Shown piece by piece: positions 33,334-42,681 of a stretch of DNA of 64,000 nucleotides. Origin of the DNA: an uncultured Alphaproteobacteria bacterium (lineage in GTDB: Bacteria > Electryoneota > RPQS01); the NCBI GenBank assembly GCA_964530625.1, contig CAZHAK010000012.1, positions 8,654 to 72,653 on the forward strand, read 5' to 3'. Numbering within the stretch: the first letter of the stretch is position 1; every line of letters starts with the position of its first letter. The notes under the pieces are model-generated. The model was not told where the DNA came from. It did not search any database and saw nothing but the letters and a program-made list of their open reading frames with translations. The position numbers and the translations under genes are program-made.

Positions 33334-33879
33334 TCAGTCTTGCTTCTTGGTCGCGATTTGGTCCACAACGGACACAAAATCACGCAAAACAGCATTGACC
33401 ACATTGTAGAAGCCCTGCACGGGGCTGAAGACGGCTGCAACCAAGCCAGAGAGCGCTTCTTCGCGTGTCGGGAGGTCTTTGATTGCGGTAAGTTCGGAAG
33501 CGGGCAGGACTTTCCCGTCAAAGATAACACTTTTGACAACGAGCCTGTCGCTCGTTTTCATAAACTTATCTAAGATACGCGCGGGCATGGCGGCATCTTC
33601 ATAGCCAATGGCGATGGCAGTAGGGCCTTCAAGGTACTTCACCGCGTCATCAAATCCCTTGTCCTTCAGCACCATACGTGAGAAGGTGTTTTTGACGATA
33701 ATGAAGTCCACTTGGTTCTTAAAACACTCGCGGCGCAACTCAGTCATTTTCTCGACCGAGAGTCCGAGGTTATCCGCCAGATACACTCCTGAAGCGCGAT
33801 CCATTTTCTCACGGAAGTCCGCGACGATGGCTGCCTTTTCGGGGCGTATGGTACGGTTTTGAAGTTCAGCTAAAGACAT
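33334..33879 (-). CDS. rplJ: 50S ribosomal protein L10.
   Basis: 181 aa, typical of L10. Confidence 0.85.
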   Translation of the reverse strand: MSLAELQNRTIRPEKAAIVADFREKMDRASGVYLADNLGLSVEKMTELRRECFKNQVDFIIVKNTFSRMVLKDKGFDDAVKYLEGPTAIAIGYEDAAMPARILDKFMKTSDRLVVKSVIFDGKVLPASELTAIKDLPTREEALSGLVAAVFSPVQGFYNVVNAVLRDFVSVVDQIATKKQD

Positions 33880-33897
33880 ATCTCGTTCCTGTAGGGC

Positions 33898-34599
33898 TTA
33901 GTGGAGTTTCGCGCTCTCAACTTCGGAACGCTGAATCCGGATGCCCGGTCCCATCGTCGAAGTTAGAAACACGGACTTGACATATTGCCCTTTGGCCGTG
34001 GCGGGCTTGTTGCGCATGACGTTCCGGAAAAATTCTTCAATATTTTCCAGTAACTGCGTAGAAGTAAAATTCAAACGGCCGACTCCCAGATGCAAGATGC
34101 CGTACTTGTCCACACGGAACTCGACTTTACCGCCCTTGACGTCGCGTACGGCGTTGCCAATGTTAGGCGTAACAGTTCCAGCTTTGGGGTTCGGCATCAA
34201 TCCGCGCGGACCCAAAATCTTACCCAGCTTACCAAGGTCGGCCATGACCTCAGGCGTCGCCACAAGCACGTCAAAATCCGTCCAGCCGCCTCTGATGCGT
34301 TCGAGGATATCCTCGAAACCTGCATGGTCGGCACCGGCTTCCTGTGCTTCGGTGATCTTGGTTTTAGAAACTGCGACCACACGCACCGTCTTACCGGTAC
34401 CGTGCGGAAGCGTTACTGTTCCGCGAACTATCTGATCGGCTTTTTTGGGATCCACTCCCAATCGCACCGCGACTTCAACGGTTTCGTTGAACTTTGCGGC
34501 TGCGGTTTTCTTGAGCGACTCAATCGCGTCCGACAGAGGCAGTTCGGTATTGCGGTTGACTTGCTCGCGATTGCGCTTTACACGCTTTGAATAGGGCAA
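33898..34599 (-). CDS. rplA: 50S ribosomal protein L1.
   Basis: 233 aa, typical of L1. Confidence 0.9.
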   Translation of the reverse strand: MPYSKRVKRNREQVNRNTELPLSDAIESLKKTAAAKFNETVEVAVRLGVDPKKADQIVRGTVTLPHGTGKTVRVVAVSKTKITEAQEAGADHAGFEDILERIRGGWTDFDVLVATPEVMADLGKLGKILGPRGLMPNPKAGTVTPNIGNAVRDVKGGKVEFRVDKYGILHLGVGRLNFTSTQLLENIEEFFRNVMRNKPATAKGQYVKSVFLTSTMGPGIRIQRSEVESAKLH

Positions 34600-34660
34600 T
34601 GCTGCTCCTTGGTGGTTCTTTCGTGCGGCGTTGGCACTCCCACCCGTTTATTAGAAAAGT

Positions 34661-35086
34661 TTACTGACCGACGTTCACGCCCATGGAGCGGCAGGTGCCT
34701 TCGACCATTCGCATGGCCATTTCCACGGTGTTGGCATTCAAATCTTTCATTTTGATTTCGGCAATCTCGCGAATCGCGGCTTGCGAAATCGTTCCAACCT
34801 TGTTGCGGTTGGGTTCGCCCGATCCCTTGTCCAGCTTGGTCGCTTTCTTAATCAAGATCGCGGCGGGAGGGGTCTTCGTGATAAAGCTGTAGCTCTTGTC
34901 CTTATAAACCGTAATGACAACGGGAATAATCATTCCCTTGTCTTTTTCGGTGCGGGCATTGAACTGCTTGCAGAAGTCCATGATGTTGACCTGCTTCTGA
35001 CCAAGCGCAGGTCCAATCGGCGGCGCGGGGGTTGCGGCTCCGGCAGGAATTTGCAGGCGAATGTATCCGGTAATTTGCTTTGCCAT
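34661..35086 (-). CDS. rplK: 50S ribosomal protein L11.
   Basis: [30 protein letters not shown]... Confidence 0.9.
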   Translation of the reverse strand: MAKQITGYIRLQIPAGAATPAPPIGPALGQKQVNIMDFCKQFNARTEKDKGMIIPVVITVYKDKSYSFITKTPPAAILIKKATKLDKGSGEPNRNKVGTISQAAIREIAEIKMKDLNANTVEMAMRMVEGTCRSMGVNVGQ

Positions 35087-35145
35087 GATGTATCTCTGTT
35101 CTTATCTCGCCCCGGTTTTCCGGGGGGAATTAAGGGGGTAAAATT

Positions 35146-35721
35146 TTAGCTTGTGCCTAACTCGGTCGAAATTTGCAGGAAATCCAACTCAATCGGAGTG
35201 GAACGGCCAAAAATTGAGACCATGACCTTGGCTTTGCGCTTCGGCATATTGATCTCTCTTACCAATCCTGTGAAATCCTTAAACGGTCCGTCTATTACCT
35301 TGATCGTGTCGTTGACGCCAAACGGCAACTCGATCAACTCCATGTTATCGGCTTTGTCCTGCTGGCCTAAAATGCGGTCAACTTCGTGACGGCGCAGGGG
35401 AACCGGACGGTTCTTCGGGCCGACGAAATTAATCACTTGCGGCGTATTCAAAATCAAATGCTCAGTGTTCTTGTTCAAGATCATTTCCACAAGCATATAG
35501 CCGGGGAAGAACGTGCGCGTCTTGGCTTTCTTCTTGCCGTCGCGCATTTCAATCACGTCTTCCTTGGGAATCAGGACTTGCGTGATCTGATCGGCAACAC
35601 CCAGCCGTTTGGATTCTTCTTCCAAGAATCCTTTGATTTTCTCTTCCTGTCCGGTGAACACGTGAAGGACATACCAGCCCAGTTCACCATCACGGATCGG
35701 TGCGTCAGTTGGATGAAGCAT
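35146..35721 (-). CDS. nusG: Transcription termination/antitermination factor NusG.
   Basis: NGN domain (WYVLHVFTGQEEK) plus KOW (KDFTGLVREIN). Confidence 0.9.
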   Translation of the reverse strand: MLHPTDAPIRDGELGWYVLHVFTGQEEKIKGFLEEESKRLGVADQITQVLIPKEDVIEMRDGKKKAKTRTFFPGYMLVEMILNKNTEHLILNTPQVINFVGPKNRPVPLRRHEVDRILGQQDKADNMELIELPFGVNDTIKVIDGPFKDFTGLVREINMPKRKAKVMVSIFGRSTPIELDFLQISTELGTS

Positions 35722-35735
35722 TTAGCTTGAACTAC

Positions 35736-36641
35736 TCACAATGAACGTTTAACTCCAATATATAGCTCAGAAGAACCCGGTCCTCCAAGCAGACCGCTGG
35801 TGTAACTGAGCGTCCCCCGGGTGGCTCCGCGCAAAAGTCCGAACGCCGTGCGCGAATCCGATAGGATACAATGATAGAAGGCATCAAATGCCACGGCGCC
35901 GAGGCTCCTTGGATCGAAACCTGCTCGAATCAAGAGATCAAGCATCACCGGCGGCTCAAAATGATAAAGATGTCTGGGTGAATCCCAGGCGACCCATTGG
36001 TCTCCGTACGCCTTCGCATCAATGGAGAGCGGATTGGGCACCGCGATAGCAATTTTCCCGCGCGGAGACAGCAGCTTTCTGGCAATCTCCAATGTCTCGC
36101 GCAACTTATGGACATGTTCCAATACATGCCACATCGTAATCAATTTATACGGTCCGGCATGAGCCGGGACAGCATCAATTCCGCCTGTCCAAACTCTCAA
36201 GCCAAGTTTGTCGCGCGCATGCTGCGCCGCTCTTTCACTTGGCTCGCAGCCGTCTGCTTCAAATCCTCTTCGCTTCAATTCCACTACAAACTCACCGGTC
36301 GCACAACCGACGTCAAGACATCGGTCAGCAGGCTTTAATCCAACCACAACTCTGGCGGCCTTGCGCCGGATAGACAGCGGACGAAATTTGCGATAGAGCT
36401 TTGCCGATACCGTCTGCGGTCCGTCACCTGCCGAAGCAAAAGGATCGTATCCCGGAGTGTCATAGAACGCGCCGATGGATGCTTCATCGGGCCGCGGATT
36501 CAGATAAATCAGTTTACACATCTGACACCGCACAAGAGCGTACGTGCGATTGTCGAGCACTCGAAACCTGTCTTCTACGGTACGCTCTGGTTTATGTTCC
36601 GGGCAGGAGCAAACCGGGCAGACAATCGTCTCAAAATTCAC
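35736..36641 (-). CDS. Class I SAM-dependent methyltransferase with an N-terminal C4 zinc ribbon, inserted between secE and nusG.
   Basis: CPVC...CQMC zinc ribbon. LDVGCATGEF SAM-binding motif I. Gaps to secE and nusG are 12 and 14 nt. Confidence 0.7.
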   Translation of the reverse strand: MNFETIVCPVCSCPEHKPERTVEDRFRVLDNRTYALVRCQMCKLIYLNPRPDEASIGAFYDTPGYDPFASAGDGPQTVSAKLYRKFRPLSIRRKAARVVVGLKPADRCLDVGCATGEFVVELKRRGFEADGCEPSERAAQHARDKLGLRVWTGGIDAVPAHAGPYKLITMWHVLEHVHKLRETLEIARKLLSPRGKIAIAVPNPLSIDAKAYGDQWVAWDSPRHLYHFEPPVMLDLLIRAGFDPRSLGAVAFDAFYHCILSDSRTAFGLLRGATRGTLSYTSGLLGGPGSSELYIGVKRSL

Positions 36642-36653
36642 GCCGAATGAAAA

Positions 36654-36836
36654 CTACAGCAGTTGCTGAAGTCCCAGACTAAGGATGCGATCTACCACGA
36701 AGACGGCAAGTCCCAGTATGAGAGTGAGTCCGAGCACGATCCACGTGCTTTCCGCGACTTCCGGTCGGGTCGGCCATGTGACTTTCGTCATTTCCGACTT
36801 GACATCGGTGACGTAGTTGATAGTTTTCTTAATCAT
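36654..36836 (-). CDS. secE: Preprotein translocase subunit SecE (60 aa, single TM).
   Basis: MIKKTINYVTDVKSEMTKVTWPTRPE... Confidence 0.85.
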   Translation of the reverse strand: MIKKTINYVTDVKSEMTKVTWPTRPEVAESTWIVLGLTLILGLAVFVVDRILSLGLQQLL

Positions 36837-36869
36837 GATGTTTCAGTTGTGAGGCTGTCCTCAGTCTTG

Positions 36870-36942
36870 CACGGCAGGAGGGACTCGAACCCCCAACAAC
36901 CGGTTTTGGAGACCGGGACTCTACCAATTGAGCTACTGCCGT
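36870..36942 (-). tRNA. tRNA-Trp, anticodon CCA.
   Basis: Hand-folded: acceptor ACGGCAG/CTGCCGT, anticodon loop CTCCAAA. CCA tail not encoded. Confidence 0.85.
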
Positions 36943-36983
36943 GTACCGCTGCCGCGACGAGGCTTCGGCACGGCGGCTTAAAT

Positions 36984-37022
36984 GGGAACAGAAGGCCGGA
37001 GCCATAAAAGGTGGCTCCGGCC
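36984..37022 (-). terminator. Hairpin (ggccggagcca...tggctccggcc) plus a weak T-run downstream of tuf.
   Basis: Inverted repeat seen directly. Confidence 0.4.
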
Positions 37023-37040
37023 TATCCGGAAAGAGTGTAC

Positions 37041-38231
37041 TTACTCGATGATCTTAGTTACACGTCCCGCGCCGACGGTCTTGCCGCCTTCACGAATAGC
37101 GAAACGCAAACCTTCGTCCATCGCGATGTCGGTAATCAAGTCAACGGTGATTGCCGTGTTGTCGCCGGGCATAATCATCTCGGTGCCTTCACTCAACGTA
37201 ACCGAACCGGTAACGTCGGTCGTGCGGAAGAAGAACTGCGGGCGGTAATTATTGAAGAACGGCGTGTGTCGGCCACCTTCGTCTTTGGACAGGACGTAAA
37301 CCTGCGCTTCGAACTTCTTGTGCGGCTTGATCGAACCGGGCTTACAGAGCACCATTCCACGCTCGAGATCGTCTTTTTCCACACCGCGCAAAAGCAATCC
37401 TGCGTTGTCGCCAGCGAAGCCTTCATCGAGGAGCTTACGGAACATTTCTACACCCGTTACAACCGTCTTCTTGTGCTGTCCCAACCCGACGATTTCAACT
37501 TCCTCACCAACCTTAACCTTGCCGCGCTCAATACGGCCCGTACCGACGGTACCGCGACCGGTAATCGAGAACACGTCTTCGATCGGCATCAGGAAAGGCT
37601 TATCGAGCGCACGTACCGGTTCCGGAATGAACTCATCCACGGCGTCCATCAATTCCATGATGCACTTGGTCTTTTCGGGATCCTGCAAGTTTGACAGCGC
37701 TTCCAACGCGCTGCCGCGGATCACCGGAAGCGTGTCGCCGGGATATTCGTACGAGGACAGCAATTCACGAACTTCAAGCTCAACCAAGTCGAGCAATTCA
37801 GGATCGTCAACTTGGTCGCACTTGTTCAGGAACACGACCAGCGCGGGCACGTTCACCTGACGAGCGAGCAGAACGTGCTCACGCGTCTGGGGCATGGGGC
37901 CGTCCGCGGCGGACACGACGAGAATCGCGCCGTCCATTTGGGCAGCACCGGTGACCATGTTCTTAATATAGTCGGCGTGGCCCGGGCAGTCCACGTGCGC
38001 GTAGTGGCGCTTTTCAGTTTCGTACTCAGCGTGGTGGACGTTAATCGTGACGCCGCGCTCTTTTTCTTCGGGCGCGTTGTCGATATCGTCATAGTTACGG
38101 GCTTGTGCCAATCCCTTAGCGGCGAGCACTTGCGTGATAGCGGCGGTGAGAGTGGTTTTGCCATGGTCGACGTGACCAATAGTGCCGATGTTAACATGCG
38201 GCTTGTTGCGTTCAAATTTGGCTTTTGCCAT
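37041..38231 (-). CDS. tuf: Elongation factor Tu, the single copy in this window.
   Basis: [15 protein letters not shown]. 396 aa. Confidence 0.95.
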   Translation of the reverse strand: MAKAKFERNKPHVNIGTIGHVDHGKTTLTAAITQVLAAKGLAQARNYDDIDNAPEEKERGVTINVHHAEYETEKRHYAHVDCPGHADYIKNMVTGAAQMDGAILVVSAADGPMPQTREHVLLARQVNVPALVVFLNKCDQVDDPELLDLVELEVRELLSSYEYPGDTLPVIRGSALEALSNLQDPEKTKCIMELMDAVDEFIPEPVRALDKPFLMPIEDVFSITGRGTVGTGRIERGKVKVGEEVEIVGLGQHKKTVVTGVEMFRKLLDEGFAGDNAGLLLRGVEKDDLERGMVLCKPGSIKPHKKFEAQVYVLSKDEGGRHTPFFNNYRPQFFFRTTDVTGSVTLSEGTEMIMPGDNTAITVDLITDIAMDEGLRFAIREGGKTVGAGRVTKIIE

Positions 38232-38320
38232 TGCCGGACAACCTCCTTAGGGGTTCAGCAGTTCTATGTTTATTGTATTCAAAGATTCACAGGAATTACC
38301 CGAGAAGCCGGATAACACGT

Positions 38321-38396
<76 letters not shown>

Positions 38397-38439
38397 AAGA
38401 ACAGGAGTGCGCGTTTGGTGGGCGCAACCACGTCATCAG

Positions 38440-38512
38440 AGCGGGCGACGAGACTCGAACCCGCGACCCTCAGCTTGGAAGGCTGATGCTCTACCAACTG
38501 AGCTACGCCCGC
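38440..38512 (-). tRNA. tRNA-Gly, anticodon TCC.
   Basis: Acceptor GCGGGCG, anticodon loop CTTCCAA. Confidence 0.85.
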
Positions 38513-38622
38513 ATAAGAAACGAAATGAAGAAGCAGCCTAAAAAGGGTGCACCCCTCTTGGGTGACCACCTCTAAGGCCACTAAGAACAAAGACTAACGT
38601 GGTCTATTTCGAGAAGATACCC

Positions 38623-38707
38623 GGTGGTGGCAGATGGATTTGAACCACCGTAGGCGTTTGCCAGCAGATTTACAGTCTGCCCCCTTTAGCCACTCGGGCA
38701 TGCCACC
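38623..38707 (-). tRNA. tRNA-Tyr, anticodon GTA, with a long variable arm.
   Basis: Acceptor GGTGGCA, anticodon loop CTGTAAA, 85 nt. Confidence 0.85.
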
Positions 38708-38748
38708 AAGCAAGTCTTTGGGATTTTAGCTACAACCGAATGTAATAG

Positions 38749-38821
38749 AGCTGGCGACAGGACTTGAACCCGCAACCTGTTGATTACAAATCAACTGCTC
38801 TACCAGTTGAGCTACGCCAGC
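38749..38821 (-). tRNA. tRNA-Thr, anticodon TGT.
   Basis: Acceptor GCTGGCG, anticodon loop TTTGTAA. Confidence 0.85.
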
Positions 38822-38851
38822 AGTTAGGTACCGCCGAAAACCGCAGACCCA

Positions 38852-38880
38852 AAGTTAAGAACTTGTGAAATTGCAGTCAA
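38852..38880 (-). promoter_or_regulatory. Sigma70-like promoter (TTGACT, 17-nt spacer, TAACTT) about 30 nt upstream of the tRNA-tuf operon.
   Basis: Read on the minus strand directly upstream of tRNA-Thr(TGT). Confidence 0.4.
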
Positions 38881-38957
38881 GCGGCGAGCGAGTGGATTTG
38901 GGGCGAAATGGCGGTTTTTTCGGCGTTTTGACACACATAGTGCCAGATACGCCTCTC

Positions 38958-40361
38958 CTATTTCCTCCTCCAAATAGTCTTCCCCGCCCTATCCTCAATG
39001 ATGATGCCTCTCTCAGATAGGGCATCGCGGGCGCGGTCGGCTTCGGGCCAATTTTTGGATTGACGGGCGTGGTTGCGGGCTTCAATTAAGGCTTCAATCT
39101 CAGCAGCTTCGGGGTCATCAGGCTCCTGATCCAAATCAAGGAAGCCTAAAACAGAGTCAAAACGGCGCATCGCGCCAATGGCAAGCTCCTGCTCGGAATT
39201 GCCAATTTTAGCTTGCTGACAAAGGGTGTTCGCGTCACGCACAAAGTTGAAAACTGCAGCCAGCGCTTCGGGGTAATTTAGATCATCATCAAGGGCGTCC
39301 CTGAACTCGTGCTCGCGTTGCGCAACCATGTCTTTCAGTTCCGCCATTCCCCCTTTGCCTGTCGCGTGCTCCAGATTCAAACTGCACGATTCAAATCTCG
39401 CCAATGCTTGTTTGATACTCTCAAGTCCACTGGCCTGAAAATTGGTGCGCTGACGGTAGTGACCGGACAACAATCCGTAGCGGATTTCGCGCGGCTTCCA
39501 ACCCTTGTCAATCATATCCTGCACTGTGAAAAAATTCCCCAGTGACTTGGACATTTTTTGACCGTCCACAAGCAAATGCTCGGAATGCATCCAGTAGCGG
39601 GCTAACGGCTCGTGCGTCACGCCTTCTGTCTGCGCGATTTCATTCTGGTGATGCGGAAAGATCAGGTCAACTCCGCCCAAATGAATATCAAAATTTTTGC
39701 CAAGATATTTCAACGACATCGCCGAGCACTCAAGATGCCATCCGGGCCGGCCCTTGCCTAAACTCGTCTCCCAAGCGACCGGGCCATCCTGCTCTTCCCA
39801 ATTCTTCCACAGAGCAAAATCGCGCACATCTTCTTTCTCGTATTCGTCACTTGCGACACGCTCGCCCACGCGCATTTCTTCCATGTTCAAGCGAGCGAGT
39901 TGTCCGTAACTCGAAAACGAGTCAATTTTGAAGTAGACGGAGCCATCCGCGACATAAGCATGTTTGGCGGCAATCAAGTCTTCCACCATCTTGACCATTT
40001 CCGGGATATGATCCGTCGCGCGGGGATAAATATCCGCGTCGGTAATTCCGATAGCCTTACGGTCGGCATGAAACGACTCGATATATCGATCCGTATATTC
40101 ACGCAGGGAAACGTTCTCGCAATTCGCGCCTTTGATCGTCTTATCGTCAATGTCCGTAAGGTTCATCACCCACGTCACCTCGTATCCGGAATAGGCCAAA
40201 TAACGGCGCAATAAATCCGAAATCAAAAACGTGCGGAAATTCCCGATATGCGCTTTCGCATAAACCGTGGGCCCGCAGGTGTACATAGCCACTTTGCCGG
40301 GATCTCGCGGCACGAACGGTTCAACTTTTCGAGTGAGTGTGTTGTAAAGTTTCAGTGACAT
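38958..40361 (-). CDS. cysS: Cysteine--tRNA ligase.
   Basis: HIGN and KMSKS class I motifs; CysRS-like overall. Confidence 0.9.
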   Translation of the reverse strand: MSLKLYNTLTRKVEPFVPRDPGKVAMYTCGPTVYAKAHIGNFRTFLISDLLRRYLAYSGYEVTWVMNLTDIDDKTIKGANCENVSLREYTDRYIESFHADRKAIGITDADIYPRATDHIPEMVKMVEDLIAAKHAYVADGSVYFKIDSFSSYGQLARLNMEEMRVGERVASDEYEKEDVRDFALWKNWEEQDGPVAWETSLGKGRPGWHLECSAMSLKYLGKNFDIHLGGVDLIFPHHQNEIAQTEGVTHEPLARYWMHSEHLLVDGQKMSKSLGNFFTVQDMIDKGWKPREIRYGLLSGHYRQRTNFQASGLESIKQALARFESCSLNLEHATGKGGMAELKDMVAQREHEFRDALDDDLNYPEALAAVFNFVRDANTLCQQAKIGNSEQELAIGAMRRFDSVLGFLDLDQEPDDPEAAEIEALIEARNHARQSKNWPEADRARDALSERGIIIEDRAGKTIWRRK

Positions 40362-40387
40362 TTATCGTAAAGGAGTAGTCTAAACTG

Positions 40388-40948
40388 TTAAGCGCTCGTT
40401 CCGCCGAGTTTGGCGCGGCTGTAATGCACAAAGCGAACAGCATACTGAATTCCTGAAGCCAAAATAAACGCGCTGGCAATCCAAACAAGCGTCTTCGGAT
40501 TGAACTCCGAGGTCATTTTCGGCCAATTCAGGGTGTAGCTGATCAATGCGACCGCGATGACAAACATCGTTAGTTTGCCGACGTAATTGGATGTAACAAT
40601 TAAGCCGCGCTTGCGAAACACATAAAAAGAGCCCCAAATAATCACCACATCGCGCGAAAGTATCAGCACCAAAAACCAAAGCGGCAGCGGGTTCTCGCGA
40701 GACGGCAAAGCCAGAAAAACAGCCAGCGCACCCAACCAAATCTTATCCGCCAGCGGATCGAGCACTCGTCCCCAATCCGTTTCGACATGAAACCAACGGG
40801 CGATCAATCCGTCCACCATGTCGCTGACCAGCGCCGTAGCCATCAACACCAGAGCCCAGAAGTTTCCGTTCTCTTTGGGCCCAAGTTTCAGAAAGTAGAA
40901 GAGCGGAATCAGCAAGAAAACTCTGGCGATGCTCATAAGATTTGGCAC
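40388..40948 (-). CDS. pgsA: CDP-diacylglycerol--glycerol-3-phosphate 3-phosphatidyltransferase (CDP-alcohol phosphatidyltransferase family). Start uncertain: GTG at 40948 or ATG at 40936. The track extension to 41086 would overlap purF.
   Basis: DMVDGLIARWF...GRVLDPLADK motif. The N-terminus aligns with E. coli PgsA NIPTLLTLFRV. Confidence 0.7.
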   Translation of the reverse strand: MPNLMSIARVFLLIPLFYFLKLGPKENGNFWALVLMATALVSDMVDGLIARWFHVETDWGRVLDPLADKIWLGALAVFLALPSRENPLPLWFLVLILSRDVVIIWGSFYVFRKRGLIVTSNYVGKLTMFVIAVALISYTLNWPKMTSEFNPKTLVWIASAFILASGIQYAVRFVHYSRAKLGGTSA

Positions 40949-41040
40949 CGTCAGGAATTTTCGAGGCCGTGGTTTCGGTTCGAACACGAAACTCGTCTGT
41001 TTAGGCAACAGTTTGTCGGTGCGGTTTATCTCTGCCACGG

Positions 41041-42507
41041 TTACTCCATGGTTCGCAGAACCCGTTCCAGTTCCGCGCGTGCCCACTCTTTATCTGGTTC
41101 ACTTAACTCAGCAAGCTGCGCAGGATCTTTTAGCGGCACGGCATATTGTCCGGAGAAGCAGGCCGTGCAATAGTTTGATGGTTCGTCTCTAGTCGCGGCC
41201 AGCATCCCTTCGTGTGACAAATACCGTAATGAATTCACACCCAAATAGCTTTCGATTTCGGCGGGACTTGCAAACGCGGCAATCAGTTCGCGCCGAGTCG
41301 GGAAATCCATTCCGTAGAAACACGGCCAGCGCACAGGCGGCGACGCGATCCGCACATGCACTTCCGTCGCACCAGCGGCTCTGATCACTCCCACGAGTTT
41401 CTTCAAAGTCGTTCCGCGCACAATAGAGTCATCCACCAGCACCACGCGGCGGCCTTCCAGCACTCCGCGCACGGGATTATATTTAATCCGCGAGTTGTAC
41501 GAGCGCATAAACTGCGATGGATTGATAAAGGTGCGGCCAATATAGTGATTTCGAATCAAGCCGATTTCAAATTTCAAATCGCTCGTGCGGGCATACCCGA
41601 TGGCCGAAGTGTTGGACGAATCAGGAACAGAGATGACAACATCGGCGTCAGCAGGATGCTCCTCCGCCAAAATCTTGCCCAGTTTTCTGCGCACTTTATC
41701 CACGGACGTGCCGTAGATATGGCTGTCCGGTCGCGCGAAATAAATCAATTCAAAAATACACATGTGCAGATCGGGCGCGGCATACTGCACCGACTCCAAT
41801 CCACGTGTCGAGATGTTCACGATTTCGCCCGCGTTGACGTCGCGCTCATAGGTCGCGCCAATAATGTCAAACGCACACGTCTCGGAAGCGAACACATATC
41901 CCTCACCCATGCGACCCATGGCCAGCGGCCTGAAGCCGTGCGGATCGCGGGCGGCCAAAACACCGTCTCTGGTAATCAATACGACTGAGAACGCGCCTTC
42001 CAGCTCCTTGACCGCCTCGGCCAGGCGGGTCGCGGCAGTCGGAGCTTTGGATCGCGCGATCAGATGCACAAACAACTCGGAGTCCGAGGAGGTCTGAAAG
42101 ATCGCTCCCTCGTCCTCCAGTTTCTTGCGCAAAGCGCGCTCGTTGGTGATATTGCCGTTGTGGGCAACCGCCAGCGGGCCGTCCTTGGTGTTTACCACGA
42201 GAGGCTGAACATTAGTCAAAGACGAGGAGCCGGTCGTGGAGTACCTCACATGCCCGACGGCCCAACTGCCTTCAAGCTCCTTGAACCTCCCTTGGTCTCG
42301 AAACACGTCAGCCAGCAACCCCATGCCTCTATGAGCAAACAGGTTTTGGCCGTCGGAACTGACAATTCCCGCAGATTCCTGACCCCGGTGCTGAAGGGCG
42401 TACAGGCCCAAATAGGTCAGTTCAGCGGCACGGGGGTGGCCATGAAGGGCCATAACCCCACACTTGTCGCGGGGCTTGTCGTCGAGGAAATCTATGAGAT
42501 GTGACAT
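41041..42507 (-). CDS. purF: Amidophosphoribosyltransferase.
   Basis: N-terminal CGVMAL nucleophile, PRTase domain, and C-terminal Fe-S cysteines. Confidence 0.9.
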   Translation of the reverse strand: MSHLIDFLDDKPRDKCGVMALHGHPRAAELTYLGLYALQHRGQESAGIVSSDGQNLFAHRGMGLLADVFRDQGRFKELEGSWAVGHVRYSTTGSSSLTNVQPLVVNTKDGPLAVAHNGNITNERALRKKLEDEGAIFQTSSDSELFVHLIARSKAPTAATRLAEAVKELEGAFSVVLITRDGVLAARDPHGFRPLAMGRMGEGYVFASETCAFDIIGATYERDVNAGEIVNISTRGLESVQYAAPDLHMCIFELIYFARPDSHIYGTSVDKVRRKLGKILAEEHPADADVVISVPDSSNTSAIGYARTSDLKFEIGLIRNHYIGRTFINPSQFMRSYNSRIKYNPVRGVLEGRRVVLVDDSIVRGTTLKKLVGVIRAAGATEVHVRIASPPVRWPCFYGMDFPTRRELIAAFASPAEIESYLGVNSLRYLSHEGMLAATRDEPSNYCTACFSGQYAVPLKDPAQLAELSEPDKEWARAELERVLRTME

Positions 42508-42516
42508 AAGACCCGT

Positions 42517-42545
42517 AATATAACCCGCTTAGATTGGCTTGTCAA
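42517..42545 (-). promoter_or_regulatory. Consensus sigma70-like promoter (TTGACA, 17-nt spacer, TATATT) whose -10 element ends about 10 nt from the purF ATG, implying a leaderless or near-leaderless purF mRNA.
   Basis: Read on the minus strand: ttgacaagccaatctaagcgggttatatt. Confidence 0.45.
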
Positions 42546-42681
42546 CTTCTGACCCGTCTTTTTTCATTGCCCCTGCTTCTTGATAGTCCGGTCAGGGTTT
42601 TATATCTTAGAAATCTTGAACTAAGCGAAACCGTCGGAGGGTTCCGGCGGACCACCTCGGGCCAATTTGGAGCTAATTTTT

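Noticed and set aside
33880-33897. Expected long L10(L12)4-binding leader upstream of rplJ.
   Set aside because: Only 18 nt separate rplA and rplJ here, so no E. coli-type rplJ leader is present. Noted as absence, not a feature.
35087-35145. GC hairpin (ccccgg aaaa ccgggg) between nusG and rplK considered as a terminator.
   Set aside because: No U-tract follows. It is more likely part of the L11/L1 leader structure or simply a stable stem, and nusG-rplK co-transcription is the norm.
40388-41086. Long 232-aa form of pgsA overlapping the purF 3' end by 46 nt.
   Set aside because: The N-terminal 45 residues are non-conserved and Gly/Thr-rich. Alignment with E. coli PgsA places the start near TVPNLMSIARV, so I call 40388..40948 (GTG) or 40936 (ATG).
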